DNA from: Azolla caroliniana
Taxonomy: Eukaryota > Plantae > Polypodiophyta
Assembly (NCBI GenBank): GCA_043228905.1
Contig: JBHGNT010000009.1
Coordinates: 2,976,001 to 3,040,000 of the forward strand
DNA length: 64,000 nucleotides
Reading direction: 5' to 3'
Positions 12,850 through 24,800 of the stretch are shown in pieces. Numbering within the stretch: the first letter of the stretch is position 1; the number at the start of each line of letters is the position of its first letter. The position numbers and the translations under genes are program-made. A model generated the notes under the pieces. It was not told the DNA's origin. It made no database searches and saw nothing but the letters and a program-made list of their open reading frames with translations.

Positions 12850-15800
12850 ACGTAGGTCCATCCACACACACACACACTCATTCTATTGACAATAGATCAC
12901 CCTAACGTTGATGACATGCTCACCACTGTGGATAATCATAAGAAGTGTCTTAATGCTTATTGCTCTACGGGATCACGTTGGTGGTACGATCAAATGTGGT
13001 GTAATCTATGCTATATGATGTGAATATTATGTTAGTCTAGATATAAAGACACGTGGAAGTTAATCTTTTGTTTGTTCGGCTATTGCACTATATGGTGCAA
13101 ATGGTAAGCATTCAAGCTACAATATGGTTCACTTGGATGGACTAGTCTTTCTTTCTTGTGACACCTACACTCTTCTACATCACCATGATGTCTATTCTTA
13201 CGTGTACTTACGCAAATATTATAGAAGGAAGCATCAAATTGTCTTTACAATCATGTTTTGGTCATTTATCATTTAATCGACAATAATATATAATTCAAAA
13301 TATAAATGAACTTAAGAAACCAAAATTCGTCTCAATTTGCTTGCACAAGCAATGTTTTTGCATTCACATATGCAATTTGATGAATTTGTGGAATTTCTTG
13401 ATATTAGAATGGATGTCCACAATAATAATATGTAACTTTCAAAGTTTCTACCCCTATCGCACAATATTTACTGAAATTAAATTATTTGCTATAAGTAAAG
13501 TACGCACAAAATCTATTTATCATTACGTTTCACCTCATTTTCATACCAACAAGATTGCATGACGTGATGACCTATTTATTCTTCCTATGAGGATCACACG
13601 TCCAAGTTAAAAGAATAGATATTTTTTAATGTCCATAGGAGACCAATTCGAAGCTATGAAACAAGGCCTAGGCCATGGCTACCATTTTAGTACAGGTGGG
13701 CGAGTTACCACTATAGTTGTGTCAGTGTGTAATGACCCTATGGATGGTTTTTGGTGATGAAAGTCACTTTGTAATGAGGTGGTATAGTTGATAGGAATAT
13801 ACATATGCCCCTAACAATTTTCTCGATTATTACGTCTAACCTTTCTCATCATTACTTATGGAGAGTGGTATATTTAGCCTACTAGGGTCACCTCCTTTCT
13901 AGTCAACGTGCAGATTCCTTACTCTCATCTTCCACCATGGGTCTTTGTGGTTTCACTACCTCATTTACCTATCACATTCATTCGTCGTCATGCTTTCTTT
14001 CTTGGTGTTGCTTTCTCCCATACTCAAAGTCATGGTGTAAAACGTGCATTGATTTTCTACCTTCCCACACATGCTTTGTTGACTTCAAGCTATGGTGGGA
14101 AGGTAAAACCTACAAGTGGGTGTACCAAGAGATGTGAACAAAATTGTAGCCCTACTCTCTCACTGCTCGCAACAACTAACTTAAAGGCTCATGCATTGAT
14201 CTTTGCACCATACATGTCATTCATCTTCTAATATTATCTTCTTTTTTACAAGGCAAACATAAAATTCTAGATCATGGGTTGCTTGTGAATGAGGAATTTG
14301 AGATCATCATATAAAAGTTGTTTCATACCTATTCATTTGGACAAAAGTGTACTCAGACCTAGAAAAAATGATCACAACATGAACCAAGATTTACAACCAT
14401 TGACTAGTTCAACTTTTAAGATTTCATTCAACATCATGCATAGAACAAGTTTCATACACGTAATATCATGATATGAAAATGACTAGAGACTACAAGCTAT
14501 CATTCATCTTCGTTTTGCCAAAGCATTTCCATTGATCTCCATCTTTCCAAACCAAAAGTATGGGACACTCGCTTTTAAATCTAAGCAAACACAAAAGGCT
14601 CTAAAATTTCAATTAAAAATAGAGGGGGGGTAGTTCTCACCACACTAATCCAAGCTTTAGTAATGTTTTGTGATGAATTATTTTAGATAACATTAGAATC
14701 CGTCTGATTCAAAGTTAGGCAACAATGCTTATTCCTTATAACAGTGTCATATGAATCCTATTTCATGGAGGTTATAAACCTACACATACACATATCTATA
14801 TTTCGGCGAAACAAACATCAATCAAGCAACCCATGATCACAGAATGTGTGATTGAGGTAGATTCCTACATTTACAATCTTGAGTATCAAGAAACTGTTGC
14901 TCATCAGATATAAAAAACAGATTCAATAAAAAAAAATTGTGTAGCACGCCTTGATATAGTCATCATGTCCATATTTGGAAGGCAATTAGCATCTGAATCA
15001 TACAACCCAAGAACGTAATGAGCAGAAAAACAAGTATGAAAGATTAAGATTGGAGAGTAAACTTCAATTTTTATTAATTTTATGATAAGGTGGACGAATC
15101 AAGCAATTTATCCCAGTCAAATCCATAAACGTTTCATGCAGTATTATACCCTCTGAGCTCAATTAACTGTGGAGAACCAACCCAACCCTGTACCAAAGCA
15201 GGAAGGATATGCTCTAATAATAACACTCAATCGTCAAATTTAAGCACCAATCAAGGTATGTTAATTTCTTGCTAATGGCATTCTAAATTTTCCTTTTTAT
15301 TTTCCGGAATGTAGTTACTACCATCATGTCTCAGTTCCTAATCAAGGCATATGTACCATTGTGGGTGTGGATCTGTCTCCCTCAAGAAAGCCTGAATGAA
15401 TGGATCTAATATTGACTTGCGCTCAGATCTTGTTGAGCTTCTCACGCAAACCATCGGCAACTCTGAGGTCCATCCATTGGGTCCAAACTGTTGCAGTAAT
15501 ACAAGTTTGAAAAAGCAAATTTAAGAGTTTATTGATTGAATTGGGGGGGGGGGGGGGGGGGCTTTCTCTTTTCAATTGAAGATGGAACTGGAATTGTAAC
15601 ATGGGGTTTCTTGGAACCAATTTGGCAACTCCCAAGAGATTAGGTGGTATTATGCAGTACCAAAAATTTGGACATGCATTTGATGGCTTGTCGATTCTCT
15701 TTATTGAGAGAGACATGGCCTTTGCAAGATCAAACATACATAATTATATCAGGAATGATGAAACCACAGATTCATGAATTAATATAATCAATTAAGTGAG

Positions 15801-16935
15801 AAAATGTGATTGTAAATTACAAATATATATGTGTGTGATTAAAAGATTCCCAAACATTCTATATCACATAGTATTAAAAAAAACCCTTGGGGTGAATTAA
15901 CTATAATGTTGTCAATGCACTCAAATATTTCTCATCCCTCAAGCTTAGACCCAATAAATTTTACATGGTTTTTTTGTTAAACGTTGGCAATTGATGGTAC
16001 ACACTTGCCAATTTTGGACATAGGCTAGATAAAGTCACACCCAACATAGTCTGACTTGTCCATGACCAATGATTTGAAAGAAAGGATTCTCATCCCTTTA
16101 AAACACATCACTTGTGACAAGTACATATTCAGGACACACACAATTTGCGAAGAAAAGTATATCCATATTCTTTTGTGTTTAGGAGCAATCCGGTTCTTCC
16201 ATTCTCCTTGAAATACAGATACACATCACGGTCTAGTAAAAACATAAACTCTGTTTTTCAACATATGAAAAAGCACATTGTTATGACCATGACCTACAAA
16301 AACACGATTGGGAATACCATGTGGGTGAAAAATCTGCGAATGTTTTATTAACTACACCAATGGAAACATTTATCTCATGCAATAATATGATCATGTGTTT
16401 GTTTTTTGTGCACAAATGTATATGTGTACATATCCAAAAGTTAATTTGCATCAAAAGAAAATGACCATGATTAACCTAGTGGAACTCTGGTTCCACAAAC
16501 TCTTCCTTCATCCTTTGAATATCAGATTCCTTATATCATCATGGTCAAGAGTTAATGACTTTCATCAATTGAGGTAACCATTTGCATGCCACAACCAATG
16601 TCATTTTTCGCATGTTGGCATCCCCAACACTAAATTTATACACCACCCATTGATGCATCAGTGGCTCATTGGACTCTGCATGCTAATGTATCACTCACTT
16701 CTTGCCTATCCAAGTTGACATATGCAGACAATGGATGGTCATTGACGTAGTTGTTGATTGGTACCTAGTCCTGTGTGTGATGGATATCCAATCAAGCATG
16801 GACATGCACACATCGGAAAGCCCTGCGCCATCATCTTGACTACGACACTCATAAGTGAAACAATTCCTACACATGAGTGGCTTGTTTATTTGAATGGTAC
16901 GTGTATAACAGCAATACACATTTAACGAGAAAACT

Positions 16936-18036
16936 CTAGCGATGATGAGACGAGGATGGGATGCAGTGAATGGATTTGATGGTCTTACAACTCCAGATTT
17001 CGGACAAAGTGACATCGAGCTTATTGTTTCTGGGGTGATGATGATGTCCGCGCGCAATATGCCGAAGCCGGTCATGAGCACTATTCCGGGAGAGATGATG
17101 CCCGGGCCGATGCCCTTGAGCAATGCCTCCGTTAGAGCGATGATGTGAAGAGAGATGACGGCTATGGCTTTGACCACTACTTCTAGAGAGATTATGTGAA
17201 TCGAGATGATCATCATTAACATGGTCACGCTGGCTTCCTCCTCTGTTTCTAGAGAGATGATGTCCATGTCCATGTCCATGTACTTGTCCATGATGTTGCC
17301 CAGCATGGTTAAGCTTCCAATCGCCATAGCTATAATAGTTGTTTTTAGAGGAGGGATGTACACCACCACCACCACCACCACCACCACAGGAGAGGATTTC
17401 CACAAGTCTAGGGTTTCTGGATGCCTCTCTATGTCTGTCTTTTCCGCGCTCACCTCTCTCTTTCCATGGATCCGTGGCTTCTTCTTCTTCTTCCTCCTCC
17501 TCCTCCTCCTCATCATCATCATCTGATTCTTCTACTTGGTGCATAGAAACCATGCCTTTTCGTAAACCCTTAGTAGAAGCAGCAGCTTTGCAGAAGAAGC
17601 CATGAAGGCCTCTCTGCAAACTCGTGGTGGTAGATGACTTGTCTTTTCGGGGTACATTTTCATCCACTTTCACACAAGCTATGAGTGCAAGCAGGAAAGG
17701 GTCCTCTTCTTCTTCTTCTTCTTCTTCTTCTCTCTCTTCCTGTCTTTCACGGAGGACCCGAGAAGCCATGGCTTTGGTCTGTCTGGTTCTTCGCCTCTGC
17801 TCGTCGGCGATGGACCTCCTCCTCAGATGGGTTGTGGGCAATGCTCCGGGCGGCGGACGCAGGGGAGGCGGCGGAGATGGCGATCCCGATCCCGACTCGG
17901 ACTCTTCCTGGCCTAGTATGAAACCAAAGGTAGTTCGTCCTCGTCCTCGTCCTCCGTCTTTCTTCGGCTTCAATTTCACGCCCGGCCGCTCCTCCCATAA
18001 GAATGGCACCCCCGCAGTTCGGACCGCACTTTGCAT
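16936..18036 (-). CDS. DUF688-like plant protein with acidic tracts and His/Gly-rich C-terminus, ~366 aa
   Basis: Single coding exon from ATG 18036 (the ORF track start at 18087 is TTG; a splice acceptor ttcttcag ends at 18090). Family motifs GVPFLWEERPG-x-K and DPFLLALIACVK, plus a poly-Pro stretch. Confidence 0.75.
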   Translation of the reverse strand: MQSAVRTAGVPFLWEERPGVKLKPKKDGGRGRGRTTFGFILGQEESESGSGSPSPPPPLRPPPGALPTTHLRRRSIADEQRRRTRQTKAMASRVLRERQEEREEEEEEEEEDPFLLALIACVKVDENVPRKDKSSTTTSLQRGLHGFFCKAAASTKGLRKGMVSMHQVEESDDDDEEEEEEEEEEEATDPWKERGERGKDRHREASRNPRLVEILSCGGGGGGGGVHPSSKNNYYSYGDWKLNHAGQHHGQVHGHGHGHHLSRNRGGSQRDHVNDDHLDSHNLSRSSGQSHSRHLSSHHRSNGGIAQGHRPGHHLSRNSAHDRLRHIARGHHHHPRNNKLDVTLSEIWSCKTIKSIHCIPSSSHHR

Positions 18037-18287
18037 CCCCTCGAGAGGCGATGATGATGGATTGGATGGAGACGACAATAGATTCAAACCTGAAGAATGA
18101 CTATCACTCCTCGCGAATGCTCAGGCAAAAAAACACACAAACAAACAAACAAAAAAACCAGAAGGCAAGGACTTAATCCAATATAGAAATCAATACAACA
18201 CTTGGACCTTATTCTCTAGGAATAAACCCTTTGTTGACACACAATGATATTTTCAATAAGCAATATGTATGTATGTTAAACAAAAAC

Positions 18288-18594
18288 AAGGTCTCACTCT
18301 AAGAAGAAACTTACTTGGAACACCCCCCTAACAAATGCCTCATATATCAAGGTTCAATACTATTACAGCTGATAATGAGTTCTAAACATTGAAAAGACTA
18401 CTCTCTCACTCCCTCCCTATTGAAAGCCTAGAGAAAAAGGTAAGGTCTCCCTCTACTAAGAAACTTACTCCAAACACCCCCTAACAAATGGCTCATATAT
18501 CAAGGTTCAATACTATTACAACCTGATAATGAGTTCTAAACATTGAAAAGACTACTCTCTCACTCCCTCCCTATTGAAAGCCTAGAGAAAAAGG
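18288..18594. repeat. ~155-bp tandem duplication upstream of the DUF688-like gene
   Basis: Two near-identical copies of aagaaacttact...caaggttcaatactattaca...gaaagcctagagaaaaagg. Confidence 0.9.
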
Positions 18595-20220
18595 TTCTCG
18601 TTCTTATAATGTAGGAGTTCACAAGTGCATATGTTATATACATGTAGCTTTTTAATACAACACGTATACATAATTGCTTATATCTCTCTTGACTTGTCTC
18701 TCCAATCAATCTGAGCCATGCTTTCTTATCTCCCATTGTTCGTGTCTTTAGCTCCTTTCATCAACACATACACACACACACTCTCTCTCTCTAGAGAAAT
18801 GGGTCTCTCCACCTTATGACACTTTCTAATGCAAATATACCTTATCATTAATCTTTTGAACTAGTCTCTCCACACACGCACAAGTGGGATGTCACCATTT
18901 TTTTCTAATGCAATGCATAATATATGACACCTTGGGTGAATTCTCTCCCTTCTTCTTTTTCATTAAGCACATGGTTATATTAATTGCATGTATAAAGCAC
19001 TTGCTATAGTACTACAAAAAATAGGTTGTACCCAACTAGTGATTGGCTTGCGAAACCTATGCACATACATGTGATTGAGTGCATGTGTGTGTCTTGCTCT
19101 ACACATATGAACCGACAAACACACAAAATACATGAAGCTTCCCTTAATGATGTCTTACAAGTCCCTCTCCCTCTCCCTCTCCCTCACCACACACACTCAC
19201 ACACACACACACACATGATGCATGAAGCTTTCATTTCCATGTATTATCCATGGTATCTTATATATATGTCTAAATGCACAGAAAGTACATGAAGTTTCCT
19301 ACAATGCATTATGTACGATGCCTTGTATTTCAAGGATTTGCCCTTCCCTCAATACATGTGTTGTGTTGTGTATGTGTAGGGTAAAAATAAATGGAAAATC
19401 CTTCTCTATGTAAAATCATGAATGCTTCAAAACCTAATCAACGTAACACTCTCCACAACTTGCGCTTGAGAATAAGTCTCAATCTAAAATAATTTTTGTC
19501 TCCCTCTATGCATGCATTCAAGAGGATAATTTGTTCATACACTTTTTCACATTTCTATGTTTGAAACGGATGTTCTCTTGGTATTTCGTGCATAATGCCA
19601 AACGTGTGTATAAATTATAACTTCACATATTTCCAATTTCCCATTTGATATAACTTAGAAGCTTGTTCTTATAAACATTCCTCACATACCACTAATTTCT
19701 CATAATTCCTATGTATGTCCTTGAAAACGTAAACAAGCATCGTAGATAGTTAACGTAACATAAATATGATGTACAAACATGAATATCAAGAAAGTGAGGT
19801 GTGTTGAAACAAAGGATAAGTTTTCAATGCATGTTACACAACATTACAATCAAAATCTTAATAAGGAACATTTCATTGCTAGTTGTGTGTATGACAAGCT
19901 TCAAGCATATAATTTGCCCCTTTTGAGGAAGTGGGCTCGCCTATAAAGAAATTCATTCAAGATTGAATGATTATTCAGTCGCAAGTCGTTTGTATTACGT
20001 TGAATTACATTGAAAATTTCTAGACTATGAAGTTTGCTTCTTGTCAAAATTTATAATTTCACTATATATTGTTTGTAAATAGTCTAAATATTTATATATT
20101 CATTGCTTAGGTTTTGATGTATGACTCTTATAATACGTATATCAAAAGCATTCAAGCATTTTGATTGCATGCTGTCTTCATTGTACAATTATTGTTAAGA
20201 GTGCCACATTTTATATCTAC

Positions 20221-20921
20221 TATTTGTTGAATGAGAAACACTCATTGTATACATATAAAGAATTAGATTTTCCATGTATATGCCCTCATGAATAGGGTAT
20301 ATACCCTCATGAAGAGTTCCTACTCCTAGACACGTCACACTTCATATCAATAATATATTTTCCTATTATTAAAACATAAAAAGATTGCTATATTGTCTAA
20401 TGTATGATAATTTGTATATATGAGGTATGCTAATTTGTATTGTAATTTGTTAAGGAGGATCTTGGACACTAGACCATGTCTTATGTATGCTCGTCTATAA
20501 AAGGGAAGACCGTTGGATTAGAATATATTCATGGGGTTTTGAACCTCATCTCAACTAGGAATATATTCATATATATTATTTGTTGAACAAGAAACACTTC
20601 TTGTATACACGTAAAGAATTAGATTTTCCACGTGTATATTGGACCCTCAAGAAGAGTATTATATAGGTTCATGAAGAGTATTATATAGGTTCATGAAGAG
20701 TCCCTACTCCTAGAAACTTCATTCCATATAACGTTATATCAACCATATGCTTTGTTATTATAAAAACAAGAAAGGTTCTTACATAGTCTGACGAGGTATG
20801 CTAATTTGTACAACTAAGGAGGAGCTTGGATATCAAACCATGTCTTACGTATGCTCATCTAAAACAGGGAAGAAAGTTCAAGATTAGAATATATTCATGG
20901 AGTTTTGAACCTCATCTCAAC
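20221..20921. repeat. ~355-bp diverged direct duplication
   Basis: Blocks aaagaattagattttcca, gaggtatgctaatttgta and ttagaatatattcatgg...gaacctcatctcaac occur twice in the same order. Confidence 0.85.
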
Positions 20922-22071
20922 CAAGAACCCATGGAATCAAGACATTTTGCTAGACTTGTGCCACTTACCATATGCTTGACAGAGAGCAAGGGTGACCATT
21001 GCCAATGAACTTAGACTTGTATCACTTATTGTATAAAAGGAGATCATAAGGGAAACAAGAATATGGATTCTGCTTGTGCCATAGGCTAGAATCTAGTCCT
21101 AAGATTCTCATTGTCCACTTGATGAAGGACAACATTAAGGTTTGTACACGACTCACCATTAAATTGCATTTGCAATAACGTGTAAATGCCTCAATACTTT
21201 ACACAAATGGTGCATGATTATGGGCTTGCATGTTTGCATACATATGATGTATTAATTCAGTCATGACACACTCCATCAAATTTCAATGTTATCTATCTTT
21301 TGCATGCTCAAGATGGACAAGTCGATGGATAAACATCTATAATGATAGCCCTATGATATACAATGTGAGTGTTTCTACAGGCAACTTTTTGAGACAAAGA
21401 TACCATTGACCATATGATGTATCATGCTAGATGTGTGATAAGTGAAGATAAGCAAGAAAATGCACCACTTGAAAAATTAACAACAAGAGAGAAAAGAGGT
21501 ATGGATATGACGTAAAATGGTCGGGAAAATGGTGGTGTACAAAGATGAGGAATAGGAGGTAAATTGCGGTGCACCTATGCGAGGTTAGGTTGGTGGAAGT
21601 ACTAGAAATTGTACTTTGAATAATAAGGAAGACGCGCCATGTTCATACTTGGGGACACTATATAGAGGGCAAAGAACAAATCTCGAGGAAAAGGCAAGGA
21701 GATGGTGCTCAAATATTCAAGAGACAAATCAACACTTAATATACATGGGACATTGAACGATGTAACATGGAAGAGTATGTGGAAACGAGAGCAAACCCAT
21801 TGGGAACAAAGAGTTTTTATGAAAAAAGAGTGGAAACAAAACGAAGAAGATGAACCCCAAATGAACAGCTTGGGGTCATGTTGTTTCTTCTTCTTATATA
21901 AGGCTTTGCAAAGGGGGGCCGGTTGTTTATGTATGTATGTACAGGTATCCAAAATTTGTATTGGTGTTGGTATTTTGTAATGTAATTTTTCATGTGCATT
22001 TGTGTATGAATTTATTTATTTATTTATATATATATATATATATAAAAGGATACATAGTGGCTAGACCATGA

Positions 22072-23643
22072 TCAACTAAATTGCTTTTGGAATGCAAAAG
22101 CAAGGTATGTGGAAGCACAATCCCACTCCATTGGGTGGTTGTGGTGGTGCAAGTGGTACTCATGGTGGCTCTTGTGCTCGCCCAGGAACTCGTGGAAGTT
22201 GGACGCCGACACGAGGCCGAGGCCGTGCTCGCTCGCGAGGCCTACGAGGGACGGCAACGGGACCAGCCACTCGGGGCAATGGTGCACGGCGTCCGCGAGG
22301 TAGAAATCGTATTGGATTCCGAAGTCGGCCGCCGAGTATGCGGAGGCAGGGGATGTCAGTGTCCCAGCCGAGGCCTCGATGGCGGTCCTGAACCTTCTTC
22401 GGCCGAGGAGGAGGATTGCTCTTTCGGAATTCACTTTGTCGAAGGTTATTCGGTAGAGGCTATTTCCAAAGGACTTGTGGTATCTCCTTGTCGGGCCTCG
22501 TGAATTGGGTGCCACCGCTGCGAGCTTCGCCACGATCGTGTCCGCATCGGGCATGGTGCCTATGAAATACCCGCCGGGTTTGAGCAAGGCCGCCACGTTG
22601 GCCATTGCGGCCCGCGCACGCTCCTCGCTCGACCACGCGTAATGCAGCGCGAACTGGCAGCTGCACACATCGAAAGTACCACTGGATGGGCATGGGTGTG
22701 CCACCTCATTTGCCACATCATTGTCATCATCCACACCTGGCATGGCCATGTGGACCCCACTGCCCCGTGAAACCTCGGGACCGCATTGGGCCGATCGAAT
22801 GGCACGGAGGAGAGAGGGAGCAAAGGCATCGGCGCACACGAACCGTGCCTCGAAGCTGTATCGAGATGCAATGTAGCGGAGGCGAGCGGATTCGACAAGG
22901 CTTGAAACCATGTCGACCCCGACATAGGACCCCGCACGCACCTTGTCCCACCTGGGAAGGTCTCCGCCACTACCGCAGGCGAGGTCGAGGACGGCCTCTC
23001 CACCTCGGGTGAACATGTGGATGAGCCACCATGTGATCCAACCATGGAGGTGTTTAAGGTTGAGGATGGGGCTAATGGCCTCTCCATCTTGGACATTGGC
23101 ATGGCCATTCACATTAACACTCTCATTCTCGTCATCATGATTCTTAGGCTTCTTGTTGTAAGCTACAACATCAACTTTATTATTATGAGAAGGAGGTGGT
23201 GGATGTGGCTTCTTCATCTTTTGGCTCCTAGCTTCATAGTGTTGGAAAATGAGCCTTTGTGCTTTGGCCATACTACTACCACTACAACTAGCATAATCCT
23301 TAGCTGAGGTGGTATAGATCAAGTTAGTAGTAGGCCTAGGAGGAGCACTTATGATTGGGGAGATAATATGATCATTGATGATGGTTGAGGAAGAAGAAGA
23401 GGAGGAGGATATTGGTGCTCTAGTATCTCCATCATCACTTGCTAGACCTAAGCTTCCAATGGTATTGCAACCATAATATTGGCTAGTTAAGCTTGACATC
23501 ATAATCAGGTTCATCTCCATCTCCCTCTCAAAATGAGGTTCATCAAATGAACATAATCCAAGTGAGTCATGATGATGATGATGACGATGAGGAAGAGGAG
23601 GAGGAGGAGGAGGAGGAGTTTCCATGGCTTCATGCAACCCCAT
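22072..23643 (-). CDS. Intronless mRNA cap guanine-N7 methyltransferase-like protein (RNMT/Abd1 family), divergent, 523 aa
   Basis: Motifs SPILNLK, VLDLACGSGGDL, YVGVD, FDVCSCQFALHYAW, LLKPGGYFIGTMPDA, FGNSLYRITF, FGIQYDFYLADAV..CPEWLVP and YLAFAFQK. Low-complexity N-terminal extension. Confidence 0.85.
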   Translation of the reverse strand: MGLHEAMETPPPPPPPLPHRHHHHHDSLGLCSFDEPHFEREMEMNLIMMSSLTSQYYGCNTIGSLGLASDDGDTRAPISSSSSSSSTIINDHIISPIISAPPRPTTNLIYTTSAKDYASCSGSSMAKAQRLIFQHYEARSQKMKKPHPPPPSHNNKVDVVAYNKKPKNHDDENESVNVNGHANVQDGEAISPILNLKHLHGWITWWLIHMFTRGGEAVLDLACGSGGDLPRWDKVRAGSYVGVDMVSSLVESARLRYIASRYSFEARFVCADAFAPSLLRAIRSAQCGPEVSRGSGVHMAMPGVDDDNDVANEVAHPCPSSGTFDVCSCQFALHYAWSSEERARAAMANVAALLKPGGYFIGTMPDADTIVAKLAAVAPNSRGPTRRYHKSFGNSLYRITFDKVNSERAILLLGRRRFRTAIEASAGTLTSPASAYSAADFGIQYDFYLADAVHHCPEWLVPLPSLVGLASEHGLGLVSASNFHEFLGEHKSHHEYHLHHHNHPMEWDCASTYLAFAFQKQFS

Positions 23644-24379
23644 GCCTAATAATACAAAAAGAATCTATTTCTTCTTCCTCTTCGAAATCTATTACTTCTA
23701 CTTATACTAGTAAACTTGTTTTGGAGCTTACAAAAACTTTCTTTATCCAAACAAATAATAACTCCTTCCCCATGCACACACAAAAAACTTAAGTCCCAAA
23801 TGTCCTCTTGCTCACAGTTCCCTTTCCAATACATACCCTTGCACATACGCACCATTTTGTTCTCGAGACACTCAATATTTGGGATAAACTTTGTTGCATC
23901 AGGAGCACTATCTTCGTTTGTCTTCACATCCTTGGAAACTCATTGTGCACTTCTCAACGATCCCTTCGAAATCTAGGTTTTATTCTCTCCCCCTTTTCTC
24001 GAGGGTTGAAGCTGATGGGCTTATGGAATTCAAATATCAAACGCAACTCGGCCACATCCCTTCCAAACACGAAAAGACACACTTTTCTTGGCCCCCACAC
24101 AATGAGAAGCATCCTAATGAGATATAAGAAGTTGAAAGAACTATGGGAGTTAACCTATGCCTACAACATGAACATTATAGATTTTTGATGCATCCCTTAA
24201 ACTGTGGTAAAACATTGCATCATGAAAATGCCATGTAAATTGTGCCATTAAGATCTATCCAAAGTTATAGCACAACTAGGCCAAATGTTGGATTATGGCA
24301 TGTAGAGACCACCTCAACGAGTACATTGTATCCTCAATGAACCTCATTCCATATTCAACCCATGTATGTATATATGTCG

Positions 24380-24800
24380 AAATAAAGAGGATAAGTTCAT
24401 TTTGAGCATATTGAGCTTTAAATTAAAAATGCACATGCACAACGCTAGAGTGACTGGAGATATATTCCATGTGAATCATGGCCAAATAGCATAACTTACT
24501 TCGTTGAATCATTGAATAGGATATCAATCAATGGTGTTCTGTGATAAGAAGCCTATTATTACTCAAGTGGGAGTCGGTGTTAAGAGATGATGCTTAAAGA
24601 AAAATTTGCTTAACTTGCAAAGGCTTGAAGTTAGTGCTTGATGGGTTTGTTGAACACACGGTCTAGGTTAATAATATCTAATGTAGTTCCTAAATGTTAA
24701 TGGGTTTTGCTTAATGAGACAATGTTATGCCTCTATGAGTATTGGGATTGTGAAAATGAAGGCTTTAGATGATTAGTGTTTCCATATAATAATGTATAAT
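24380..24800 (+). mobile_element. Degraded Copia 3' end (RNase H tail, PPT, LTR start)
   Basis: Decayed HIE and YIP...QIA-like coding remnants, followed by caagtgggag and then tgtta at 24578, resembling a PPT/LTR junction. Boundaries are approximate. Confidence 0.3.

Noticed and set aside
16695-17522. 275-aa alternative-frame ORF over the DUF688-like gene
   Set aside because: Arises from trinucleotide repeats (poly-M/R/K/V); no independent coding signal.
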